From: Deltaproteobacteria bacterium
GTDB taxonomy: Bacteria > Desulfobacterota > DSM-4660 > Desulfatiglandales > HGW-15
Length of the DNA: 64,000 bases
Assembly: GCA_016931115.1 (NCBI GenBank)
Contig: JAFGFM010000037.1
Location: 27 to 64,026 of the forward strand
Direction of reading: 5' to 3'
Part shown: positions 28,575-37,601 of the stretch, piece after piece
Layout: every line of letters begins with the position of its first letter
How positions within the stretch are numbered: the first letter of the stretch is position 1
The notes under the pieces: model-generated
What the model saw: the letters and a program-made list of their open reading frames with translations, nothing else
What the model was told of the DNA's origin: nothing
The model's database searches: none
Translations under genes and position numbers: made by a program

Positions 28575-29072
28575 TCATTTTATCTGAAATAAATTAAGCC
28601 TTTTAACTGTTTTTTGTAAAGTATACTCTACTTCCAATTCATAATGTTTTATTTCATAAAAATCTATTATTTCACTATCGTCAGTATCACTCTTTTTCGG
28701 CATACCCAGCAACTCATTAATTTCACTTTTAGCTGTTGTTTTTTTTACTTGAAGTGCTTTTGCATCAGGTGCGATAAGTTTTACTACTGTTGTATCAAAC
28801 GGTGTGTATTCATCTTTTTGTATTGCAATAGCAAAATACCCAATTACCCCATCATAAATTTCAATTAAACATCCCAGAGCATCATATTGAAATGAGTTGT
28901 CCCGAAATGGATTTTTATTATTTGGTTTACCGAAGCTCATAAGTGTTTCGAGTTTATCTCCAATTTTAATCTGATTAAGACGAAAATCCCTCAAATCAAG
29001 TGTCAGGGGCATTCTCTTCCATTGCGGCCAGGATTTACTAGGATCTTTATTAAAAATATTAAATATACCCAT
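28575..29072 (-). CDS. Hypothetical 165-aa protein (very AT-rich)
   Basis: Intact ORF with no recognisable family. Its composition is strongly atypical for the window. Confidence 0.5.
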   Translation of the reverse strand: MGIFNIFNKDPSKSWPQWKRMPLTLDLRDFRLNQIKIGDKLETLMSFGKPNNKNPFRDNSFQYDALGCLIEIYDGVIGYFAIAIQKDEYTPFDTTVVKLIAPDAKALQVKKTTAKSEINELLGMPKKSDTDDSEIIDFYEIKHYELEVEYTLQKTVKRLNLFQIK

Positions 29073-29083
29073 AATTTTCTACC

Positions 29084-29138
29084 CATAACCAACCTGGCGT
29101 GGTGTTTAGCCAGCTCTGCGTTTATTAGATTGTTGTGC
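29084..29138 (-). repeat. attC-like imperfect palindrome (candidate E3)
   Basis: On the minus strand a GCACAAC box sits 3 nt after the TAA at 29142-29144. The inner stem is CTGGC-N10-GCCAG (29094-29113), and the terminal GGTTATGG box lies 10 nt before ATG 29072. Confidence 0.3.
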
Positions 29139-29141
29139 GAT

Positions 29142-29276
29142 TTATATGAAGTATTCTTTATGTGCCTTGATGTATTCCATATTTAATGCATTTAAGTCTT
29201 CTTCATATTCATTAATATCCAGCTTTTTTTCAGGGACAATTTCTTTTTTCCCAAATATCTTTTTGAATATATTCAT
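29142..29276 (-). CDS. Possible 44-aa ORF (MNIFKKIFGKKEIVPEKK..)
   Basis: Found by my own translation; it is below the track's size cut-off. It is co-oriented with the islet genes but has no convincing SD. Confidence 0.2.
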   Translation of the reverse strand: MNIFKKIFGKKEIVPEKKLDINEYEEDLNALNMEYIKAHKEYFI

Positions 29277-29700
29277 AGTACGTTCCCTTTCATTACAAAA
29301 AATGAAAAACCAAAAACCGATATTTTTGGATAAGCACTAACTAATTATTATTTAAAGGAAATCTAATATTGAAGCAAAAGGATAATACTCAACTAAAAAA
29401 TAATTATCAAATTTAAAAGCAGTATCTTTGATAAAATCTCAGTGCACAGGATGAAAGGGGCACAGGTCCGCCTTCGCTGAATGCTACACCGGGACAAGCG
29501 GGGAATGGCAAAAACAATGAACATCGAACATCGAATGAAAAAACAGATCCCTGTGGCGGTCAATAAACAATTGGAACCGGCAAATTTCTTGCTATTTATG
29601 CCCCCTTTGATATAAAAATTGGATATTTTTAAAATGCGTACTGCAAAACCCATAAGGCTTATGTTAGACCAGCCTGTATAAGTTATTTGAGGGAAAAATT

Positions 29701-30792
29701 ATGAAAAGACTCACAACAGAAAAGATAGACAGACTTATCCCCTATCCGCCGGGAAAGCCCATAGAGGAGCTTGAAAGGGAACTTGGGATTACCGGTTCCA
29801 TCAAGCTTGCATCAAATGAAAACCCTATCGGGCCATCACCTATGGCTTTAAAGGCAATCATGGATAACCTTAACAGGCTTAACAGGTATCCTGATGGAAG
29901 TAGTTATTATCTTAAGGAAAAATTATCAAAGGTGTTTAACCTCCCCATGGAAAGGATACTGGTCGGAAACGGGTCAAACGAGCTGATTGAGCTTGCAATC
30001 AGGACATTCCTTACCCCCGGTGAAGAGGTTATACAGGCATTGCCTACCTTTCTTGTGTATGAGAAGGTGGTTAATGGCGCAGGTGGAGAGCTTGTCTCAG
30101 TTGACCTTAAGGATTTCCGGATTGACCTCGATGCAGTTAAAAGGGCCATAACCCCCAAAACAAAACTGATTTTTATAAATAACCCCAATAATCCCACAGG
30201 CACAGGGCTCTCAAAAGAGGAGTTAGAGGATTTTATAAAATCTGTTCCGAAGGATATTGTTATTGTTCTGGATGAGGCGTATATTGAGTTTTCTTCAGAC
30301 AGGGTCGCAAAAGGGACCGATTTTCTGGATAAACACAATAGGCTCATAATCTTAAGGACATTTTCAAAGCTTTACGGGCTTGCAGGCTTAAGGATAGGCT
30401 ACGGCTTCTCTTCACCGGAGATCGTGGATTACATAAACAGGGTGAGACAGCCCTTTAATTCAAACCTGCTCGCCCAGGCCGCTGCTGTAGCAGCCCTTGA
30501 TGACACGGAGTTTGTTAATAAAACACTCACCCTGGTTAATGAAGGGCTCAAATACCTGTATAAAAGACTGGATGAGATGGGGCTTTCATACATACCTACT
30601 GAGACCAACTTTTTTCTGATAAAGGTGCCTTCAGGCGCTAAAAATATCTACCAGCTGATGCTCAGAGAAGGGGTAATAATACGCTCCATGGAGAGCTACG
30701 GACTTAAGGATCATATAAGGGTCAATGTGGGGCTCCCCGAAGAAAATGAGAGATTTATAAATACCCTGAAAAAGGCCATTAGAAGCCTTTAA
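29701..30792 (+). CDS. hisC: Histidinol-phosphate aminotransferase
   Basis: 363 aa with LASNENP near the N-terminus and the PLP-lysine motif FSKLYGLAGLRIGY. Confidence 0.9.
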   Translation: MKRLTTEKIDRLIPYPPGKPIEELERELGITGSIKLASNENPIGPSPMALKAIMDNLNRLNRYPDGSSYYLKEKLSKVFNLPMERILVGNGSNELIELAIRTFLTPGEEVIQALPTFLVYEKVVNGAGGELVSVDLKDFRIDLDAVKRAITPKTKLIFINNPNNPTGTGLSKEELEDFIKSVPKDIVIVLDEAYIEFSSDRVAKGTDFLDKHNRLIILRTFSKLYGLAGLRIGYGFSSPEIVDYINRVRQPFNSNLLAQAAAVAALDDTEFVNKTLTLVNEGLKYLYKRLDEMGLSYIPTETNFFLIKVPSGAKNIYQLMLREGVIIRSMESYGLKDHIRVNVGLPEENERFINTLKKAIRSL

Positions 30793-30814
30793 GAACTTGA
30801 AACAGGATAATAAT

Positions 30815-31486
30815 ATGAAACAGCCTGTAATAACAATCGATGGCCCGGCAGGGGCGGGAAAAAGCACTGTAAGCCGAACCTTAGCAAAAAGATTGAACCT
30901 TGTGTACCTTGATACAGGGGCAATGTACAGGGCGGTTGCGCTCCAGGCAACAAGGGAGAACATACCATTTTCAGATGGTAATGCCCTTTATATGATGTGC
31001 GAAAACATAGATATCCACTTTAAGGCTAATGGCGATAAATCTGCTATTTTCATAGATAATGATGATGTTTCAGCACAAATAAGAATGGCTGAGATGGACA
31101 TGCTATCATCATCGGTCTCTGCGGTTCCAGAGGTAAGAAAGGCCATGACCGCTCTTCAGCGTAAAATCGGTGAAAAGGGCGGCATTGTTGCAGAGGGGAG
31201 GGATATGGGCACAGTGGTATTTCCTGATGCTGATTTTAAATTTTTTGTTACTGCCTCCCCGGAGGTGCGCGCTAAAAGACGCTATGATGAAAGAAAGGCC
31301 AGGAATGAAGATATCGACATTAATAACGTTGAGGCTGATATCAGAAAACGTGACGAGCAGGATCAGTCAAGGAAACTCGCCCCATTAAAACCGGCAGATG
31401 ACGCCATTTTGATAGATACCTCGGGGATGGAGATAGAGAGGGTTATAGAGGTAATACTTGGTCATATAAAAGGCGATCATTTGTGA
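30815..31486 (+). CDS. cmk: Cytidylate kinase
   Basis: ITIDGPAGAGKST P-loop and full-length Cmk pattern. I prefer ATG 30815 over TTG 30797. Confidence 0.9.
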   Translation: MKQPVITIDGPAGAGKSTVSRTLAKRLNLVYLDTGAMYRAVALQATRENIPFSDGNALYMMCENIDIHFKANGDKSAIFIDNDDVSAQIRMAEMDMLSSSVSAVPEVRKAMTALQRKIGEKGGIVAEGRDMGTVVFPDADFKFFVTASPEVRAKRRYDERKARNEDIDINNVEADIRKRDEQDQSRKLAPLKPADDAILIDTSGMEIERVIEVILGHIKGDHL

Positions 31487-31629
31487 TTCGGCAGAGAACA
31501 GATAACCCAAAGACTTTTAAGGTCAAATAATAAATTATACGGTTGATAATTTTAAAAAAATTTAGTAGAAAGGTAGGCTTACAAAAATCCTTTTTTAGAG
31601 GATACTATTTTCAGGGGGTACTTTGTTTC

Positions 31630-33474
31630 ATGAACAAACCAACAGACAAAATTTTAGATGGCAACCAGGAAGAAATTAACAATCAGACTAATTCGAATGA
31701 TAATTTCAAAGAAGAGAGCAATAGCTCCGACAACATCAGTGATGACAGCCTTTTTTCTTCTGATTCAGGCTACGAAGAGGACGATGACAGCTCTGATGAA
31801 AACAGCTTTATGGAGCTCTATGAGAAGAGCCTCAAGAGTATCCAGGAGGGCGAACTTGTTACCGGTGAGATTGTAATGATCGGCAAAGAATATGTCCTGG
31901 TTGATGTAGGATACAAGTCAGAAGGCCAGATACGTATCAATGAATTCATTGATGCTGACGGCAACCTAACCAACAAGGTGGGCGACAAGATAGATGTACT
32001 CCTTGAAAAACGCGAGGATGATGATGGCAGGATAATCCTCTCAAAAGAAAAGGCAGCAAAGATAAAGATATGGGATGAGATCAAGAATATCTATGAAGAA
32101 GACCGCACTGTTGAAGGTGAAATAGTCGCACGGCTCAAGGGCGGCATGGCCGTTGATATAGGCCTCCAGGCATTTCTGCCCGGCTCACAGATCGATCTCA
32201 AGCCTGTAAGAAATTTTGACTCCCTTATAGGCACAAAGCATGAGTTCAAGATCCTGAAATATAACAAGAGGAGGGCTAATATTGTTCTCTCCAGAAGGGC
32301 TCTGCTTGAGAAGGACCGCAAGGTTAAACGTGACCAGACCATGCATGACATCAAGGAAGGCGCTGTCCTTACGGGCACAGTAAAGAATATAACCGATTAC
32401 GGTTTCTTTATTGACCTTGGCGGAATAGACGGCCTTTTACATATAACCGATATCTCCTGGGGCAGAGTCGGCCACCCATCTGAACTGTATCAGGTTGGTG
32501 ATGAGATTACAGTAAAGATACTCAAATATGATGAAGAAAAAGAGAGGGTCTCTCTGGGCCTGAAACAGCTTAATCCTGACCCATGGATCAATGCCAATAC
32601 CGATTACCCGATCAACACAAAGGTAAAAGGAAAGGTAGTAAGCCTTGCCGATTACGGCGCATTTGTCGAGATAAAGGAGGGTATTGAGGGCCTTATCCAT
32701 GTATCTGAGATGTCATGGACACGAAAGATCAGGCATCCTTCACAGATACTGAAGGTGGGCGATGAGGTAGAGGCTGTTGTCCTTAACATTGACACTGAAA
32801 ACAAGAGGATCTCCCTTGGCCTGAAACAGGTAGAACCAAACCCCTGGAAGGTGATAGGCGAGAAATACCCCATAGGCACCACCATAGAGGGCAGGATCAA
32901 AAATATTACTGACTTCGGTATCTTCATAGGCATAGATGAAGGGATAGACGGCCTTGTTCATATCTCTGACATCTCATGGACAAAAAGGATCAAACACCCC
33001 TCTGAGGTATACAAGAAGGGAGAAGAGGTTCAGGCGGTTGTCCTTAATATCGACGAAGAAAACGAGAGATTTTCACTTGGCATCAAGCAGCTTGCCATTG
33101 ACCCGTGGGATGAAATACCTGAAAGGTACAAACCCGGCACAAGGGTTACAGGCACTGTTACCAACATAACCGATTTCGGCGTCTTTGTTGAGCTTGAAGA
33201 GGGTATCGAAGGCCTTATACATGTGTCAGAGCTGACAAAGGACAAGAGCGGAAACGCCTTAAGTCGATTCAAGGTAGATGATGTTATCCAGGCAAAGGTT
33301 ATCAACATAGCAAAAGATGACAAGAAGATAGGCCTTTCAATCCGCAAGCTTGAGGAGGCAGAAGAGAAGGATATGTACAGAAGCTACCTCACCAATGGAA
33401 AGGAAGCCACCTCAAACCTGGGTGAACTGCTCAAGGCAGGCATGCTTGACCTTGAAAATAAGAAAGAGGATTAA
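31630..33474 (+). CDS. rpsA: 30S ribosomal protein S1 with an acidic Ser/Asp-rich N-terminal extension
   Basis: Six S1 repeats (..G.V..I.D.G.F...). I prefer the start at ATG 31630. Confidence 0.9.
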   Translation: MNKPTDKILDGNQEEINNQTNSNDNFKEESNSSDNISDDSLFSSDSGYEEDDDSSDENSFMELYEKSLKSIQEGELVTGEIVMIGKEYVLVDVGYKSEGQIRINEFIDADGNLTNKVGDKIDVLLEKREDDDGRIILSKEKAAKIKIWDEIKNIYEEDRTVEGEIVARLKGGMAVDIGLQAFLPGSQIDLKPVRNFDSLIGTKHEFKILKYNKRRANIVLSRRALLEKDRKVKRDQTMHDIKEGAVLTGTVKNITDYGFFIDLGGIDGLLHITDISWGRVGHPSELYQVGDEITVKILKYDEEKERVSLGLKQLNPDPWINANTDYPINTKVKGKVVSLADYGAFVEIKEGIEGLIHVSEMSWTRKIRHPSQILKVGDEVEAVVLNIDTENKRISLGLKQVEPNPWKVIGEKYPIGTTIEGRIKNITDFGIFIGIDEGIDGLVHISDISWTKRIKHPSEVYKKGEEVQAVVLNIDEENERFSLGIKQLAIDPWDEIPERYKPGTRVTGTVTNITDFGVFVELEEGIEGLIHVSELTKDKSGNALSRFKVDDVIQAKVINIAKDDKKIGLSIRKLEEAEEKDMYRSYLTNGKEATSNLGELLKAGMLDLENKKED

Positions 33475-33545
33475 GAAATGGTTTAGTCATCCCTGGATGA
33501 CAGCATAGAGCATGAGGTAAAACAGGTTATACCTCAAAAATGAGC

Positions 33546-33577
33546 GCCTGCCCGTAAAAACGGGCAGGCATTTTATC
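33546..33577 (+). terminator. Rho-independent terminator after rpsA
   Basis: Stem GCCTGCCCG / CGGGCAGGC with loop TAAAAA, followed by ATTTTAT. Confidence 0.75.
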
Positions 33578-33605
33578 TTAATAATCCTTCCAGAAGATAT
33601 TTGTC

Positions 33606-34508
33606 ATGAAAAAACACCCTATTTTAACCACCATCTTGATACTGTTATGTTTAGTAATTGGCTTAGGCCTTATCATGAAGGCGATCAGCGGCTCCATAAG
33701 CAGTTCATCAGGTATAGCCTTTACCAACAAGGTTGGCGTCATCCCGATAATCGGCACCATCGAAGACTCAACAGAGCTCTTAAAGCAGATCACCATCTTT
33801 ACAAAGGATAAATCAATCAAGGCCATCATACTTCGTATAGATTCACCCGGAGGGGGAGTCGGCGCATCACAGGAGGTCTACCGTGAGGTCATACGGACAA
33901 GGGAGGTTAAAAAGGTAATAGTCTCAATGGGAGGCACTGCTGCATCAGGGGGTTATTATATAGCCGCTGCAGGTAACAGCATTGTAGCAAACCCTGGCAC
34001 CATCACAGGCAGTATCGGGGTTATTATGCAGTATTACCAGTACAGGGAGCTGGCTGAAAAGATCGGGCTTAAAATGGAGGTTATCAAAAGCGGGGAATTC
34101 AAGGATATAGGCAACCCCCACAGGGAGCTTACTGAAAAGGAGAGGGAAGTACTTGATGCTGTTATCTCTGACATACAGACACAGTTTGTAAATGATGTGG
34201 CAGAGGGCAGAAACCTTGCCCCTGAAAAAGTGAGAGAGATAGCTGACGGAAGGATATTTACAGGCGCAATGGCAAAGGAGCGGGGACTTGTGGATCAGCT
34301 TGGCAACTTTGAAGATGCTGTGACCCTGGCAAAGGAATATGCTGGCATAGACGGCGAGGTCAACCTTGTTTACCCTGAGAAGAGGAGATTATCCATCATT
34401 GACCTGCTCAGGGGTGAGGCAGCAGAATCTATATCAAAGGCGCTCAGGAACATCTCCGGCGCAACCATAGAATACAGATGGGATGGGTTTTCTAGAGGAA
34501 TGAACTGA
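33606..34508 (+). CDS. sppA: Signal peptide peptidase SppA (36K type)
   Basis: N-terminal TM helix, then RIDSPGGGV and GGTAASGGYYIA motifs. Confidence 0.85.
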   Translation: MKKHPILTTILILLCLVIGLGLIMKAISGSISSSSGIAFTNKVGVIPIIGTIEDSTELLKQITIFTKDKSIKAIILRIDSPGGGVGASQEVYREVIRTREVKKVIVSMGGTAASGGYYIAAAGNSIVANPGTITGSIGVIMQYYQYRELAEKIGLKMEVIKSGEFKDIGNPHRELTEKEREVLDAVISDIQTQFVNDVAEGRNLAPEKVREIADGRIFTGAMAKERGLVDQLGNFEDAVTLAKEYAGIDGEVNLVYPEKRRLSIIDLLRGEAAESISKALRNISGATIEYRWDGFSRGMN

Positions 34509-35082
34509 CATCCCCCTTCCCTTCGCGTATCACCTCGGGGAAGTCATCAATAAGTGATATCACGCTTGAGGGCTCTGGCTTAAGCACACCCCCGTCTATA
34601 ATCATCTCAAGTGAAGATTCATAAGCCTCTTTTATTGTGTATGGGTCTTCATGGATAGCGCTTGTGGTAATAATAGGCCGCCCAAGGGTCTCTACAATCG
34701 CAAGGCATATGTTGTTGGCCGGCACCCTGATCCCCACGGTCTTCCTTTTTGTGAGCATTATCTGGGGCACAAGCTTGGTGCCTTCAAGTATGAATGTGTA
34801 TGGCCCTGGTAAAAGCCTCCTCATTGTTTTATATGCAAAATCGGAGACCTTTGCATACTGGCTTATGCCCTTAAGGCTGTCGCAGATGATGGAAAAGGGT
34901 TGTTTCAGGGGCCGGTTCTTGAGCTGGTATATCCTCTGAATACCCTTTTTGTTGTAGAGGTCACAGCCCATGCCGTAAAAGGTATCTGTAGGGTAGGCTA
35001 TTAGCCCTCCCTTATCAAGGGCCTCGCATACCATGTTGATGAGCCGCTGCTGCGGGTTGTCAGGATTAATTGAGATGATCAT
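34492..35082 (-). CDS. tsaC: L-threonylcarbamoyladenylate synthase (YrdC/TsaC family)
   Basis: 196 aa Sua5/YciO/YrdC domain (..IAYPTDTFYGMGCD..). Confidence 0.75.
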   Translation of the reverse strand: MIISINPDNPQQRLINMVCEALDKGGLIAYPTDTFYGMGCDLYNKKGIQRIYQLKNRPLKQPFSIICDSLKGISQYAKVSDFAYKTMRRLLPGPYTFILEGTKLVPQIMLTKRKTVGIRVPANNICLAIVETLGRPIITTSAIHEDPYTIKEAYESSLEMIIDGGVLKPEPSSVISLIDDFPEVIREGKGDVSSFL

Positions 35083-35206
35083 AGAGGGGCTTTTTATAAA
35101 AAAAGGAATTTTATGTCAAATTAATAAGTGCACTCTCATTATTGACAAATCTTAAAGGAAATGGTCTTCTCTGATTTTTATTAAACAATTTAACAGATAA
35201 TAATCT

Positions 35207-36004
35207 ATGCTACCGTTTAATATACAACTTATATTCGCATTTGTCTTTGGTCTGACCATAGGCAGTTTCCTTAACGTGTGTATCTACAGGCTGCCCTTAA
35301 AAAAATCCATTGTGACCCCGCCATCAGCCTGCCCATCCTGCGGATACAGGATAAGATTTTATGACAATATACCTGTGCTGAGCTACCTGATGCTATGGGG
35401 AAGGTGCAGGAAATGCGGGACACACATATCCCTCATATACCCTGCGGTTGAACTTGCAACAGGCCTCATAAGCATGGCACTTCTTGTAAAATACAACATT
35501 TTAAATGCCAATTTCCCTCAATTTTTCATTTACCTCATCTTTATATCGGCATTGATATGTATAGGGTTTATAGACCTTGAACACCAGATAATACCTGATG
35601 TCATCTCCATCCCCGGGATAATTTTAGGCCTGTTCTTTTCACTGGTTATTAATCACATCCCCTGGATGGAATCAGTGATAGGCATCCTTGCAGGAGGCGG
35701 GATACTTTATCTCGTGGCCATTCTTTTTGAGCTCATCATGAAAAAGGAGGGTATGGGAGGCGGTGACATCAAGCTCTTAGCCATGATAGGGGCATTCTTA
35801 GGCTGGAAGTCCTTACCGTTTGTGATCCTGGTATCATCCCTGGCCGGAAGTATTATAGGCGGGGCAGCCCTTATGATGTCCAAAAAAGGCATCAGGGCAA
35901 GAATACCCTTTGGTCCTTTTCTGGCCCTGGGTGCAATACTCTATGTTTTTTTCGGAAAAGAGATAATAAACTGGTATATAAATATTCTGTCCCCCGGTTT
36001 ATGA
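35207..36004 (+). CDS. pilD: Prepilin peptidase / N-methyltransferase (A24 family)
   Basis: Zn-finger CPSCG..CRKCG, polytopic membrane protein, GMGGGDIKL active-site motif. Confidence 0.9.
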   Translation: MLPFNIQLIFAFVFGLTIGSFLNVCIYRLPLKKSIVTPPSACPSCGYRIRFYDNIPVLSYLMLWGRCRKCGTHISLIYPAVELATGLISMALLVKYNILNANFPQFFIYLIFISALICIGFIDLEHQIIPDVISIPGIILGLFFSLVINHIPWMESVIGILAGGGILYLVAILFELIMKKEGMGGGDIKLLAMIGAFLGWKSLPFVILVSSLAGSIIGGAALMMSKKGIRARIPFGPFLALGAILYVFFGKEIINWYINILSPGL

Positions 36005-36035
36005 TTTATAATTTTAACTCTTTCAGGGCATATAA

Positions 36036-37601
36036 TTGAAAACTCCCATATTCGGGCTCAGAGCCGGCATACTGACACAACTTATATTTCTAATCGTTGC
36101 AGCCATGCTGCTTATAAATGTAGTTATACTGAACCTGTACGAAAAAGACCTGATCACAGAAAAGGTGAAAATCGGGGAACTGCTTGTATCAGGCATAGAA
36201 TACATTACCGGCGATGCCTTATCGGATAACGAACAGGGGCTTAAAAATATCCATTTTGGTGCGGACTATGTTTCCCTTATTCAGGAGATGCTGAACACAG
36301 GCGAATACAGGGGGATGACAATTGTAAATGCCTCTGGCGAATCTGTATTCAGCACCGGCCTTGATAATGAGGCAAGGCAGTATGGCCTGACCCTGGCTAT
36401 GACCGCCATGAATACCATTGCCCAGTCTGTCAATTATAAAGGCGTGACATGGGGCGTGCTCTGGCCAAGAAAAAAGGAGCTCTATCTGTCAGCCCCTTTA
36501 AAATACAGGGAACGCGTAATCGGCGGCATATCGGTAATCTCGTCACTTGTGCCTGTATATGAGACATTAAGAAGGTCGGAAAGGCTGGTAATCTTATACA
36601 TAGCCATTGACACCATTATACTTGCGCTTGTGGGGATATATCTTCTTTCAAGGATTGTTGTAAACCCGATCCACAAATTACTCAGGATGACAACTGAATA
36701 TGAAGGAAGCGAGTCTTTGATATCAACCGGTGAAACGCCCGCAAACGAGATAGGGAACCTCACAAGGGCGCTTGCCAATATGCTGAAAAGGCTGGATGAA
36801 AATAAAAAAGAGCTCAAGTCCCATATTGTTTCACTTGAAAAGGCAAATAAAGAGCTGAAGGCTGCCCAGAATGAGATAGTACAATCTGAAAAACTGGCCT
36901 CCGTTGGAAGGCTTGCAGCAGGCATTGCCCATGAGATAGGAAACCCTATAGGAATAATCCTGGGGTACATTGACATGATCATGAGGGGAGGTCTTACCCC
37001 TGAAGAAGAGGGGGATTTTCTAAAGAGGGTGGAAGGTGAGATATCAAGGGTTAACATTATTATCAGGCAGCTCCTGGATTTTTCAAGAACCTCCAAAGAG
37101 GAGAGGATAAACCTGAACATCCATTCCCTCATAACAGATACTGTTGAGATGCTCAAACCCCAGTCAGAGATAAATAAAATAACAATTTCACTGGCGCTTA
37201 CCGCAGAAAATGATAATGTAATTGCAGATAAAAACCAGATGCAGCAGGTCTTTCTTAATATCCTGATAAATTCCATAGACGCCCTTTCCGAAGAGGGAGA
37301 GCCCATGGAAGATGCGCAGATACATATTATCAGTAAAGAGAGGAACGGCCTGCTTGAACTTGAATTTATTGATAATGGCCCGGGTATATCGGTTGACAAG
37401 CTTGATCATATTTTTGATCCATTTTTTACTACAAAAGACCCTGGAAAGGGCACAGGGCTGGGGCTTTCTGTCTGCTACAGGATAATTGAAGCCACAGGCG
37501 GCACAATAAGGGCAGAAAGCCATCAGGGAAAGGGCATGATTATTCGCATTGTCCTTCCTCTGAATAGCGACCCGGATACATCTTCAGGAGAACCAGGATG
37601 A
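36036..37601 (+). CDS. Sensor histidine kinase (membrane, HAMP, HisKA, HATPase)
   Basis: H-box AAGIAHEIGNPIG and G-boxes DNGPGI / GTGLGLSV. TTG start as in the track. Confidence 0.85.
   Translation: MKTPIFGLRAGILTQLIFLIVAAMLLINVVILNLYEKDLITEKVKIGELLVSGIEYITGDALSDNEQGLKNIHFGADYVSLIQEMLNTGEYRGMTIVNASGESVFSTGLDNEARQYGLTLAMTAMNTIAQSVNYKGVTWGVLWPRKKELYLSAPLKYRERVIGGISVISSLVPVYETLRRSERLVILYIAIDTIILALVGIYLLSRIVVNPIHKLLRMTTEYEGSESLISTGETPANEIGNLTRALANMLKRLDENKKELKSHIVSLEKANKELKAAQNEIVQSEKLASVGRLAAGIAHEIGNPIGIILGYIDMIMRGGLTPEEEGDFLKRVEGEISRVNIIIRQLLDFSRTSKEERINLNIHSLITDTVEMLKPQSEINKITISLALTAENDNVIADKNQMQQVFLNILINSIDALSEEGEPMEDAQIHIISKERNGLLELEFIDNGPGISVDKLDHIFDPFFTTKDPGKGTGLGLSVCYRIIEATGGTIRAESHQGKGMIIRIVLPLNSDPDTSSGEPG

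Noticed and set aside
29393-29653. Minus-strand 86-aa ORF in the spacer before hisC.
   Set aside because: The peptide is Cys/Phe-rich and repeat-derived, with no SD. The region is better described as non-coding repeat DNA.
26180-29700. A classic tRNA-integrated genomic island with att direct repeats.
   Set aside because: I found no copy of the tRNA 3' segment (..GGTTCGAATCCCGCATCGCCC) at or near the far border, and no integrase. I kept it only as a generic islet.
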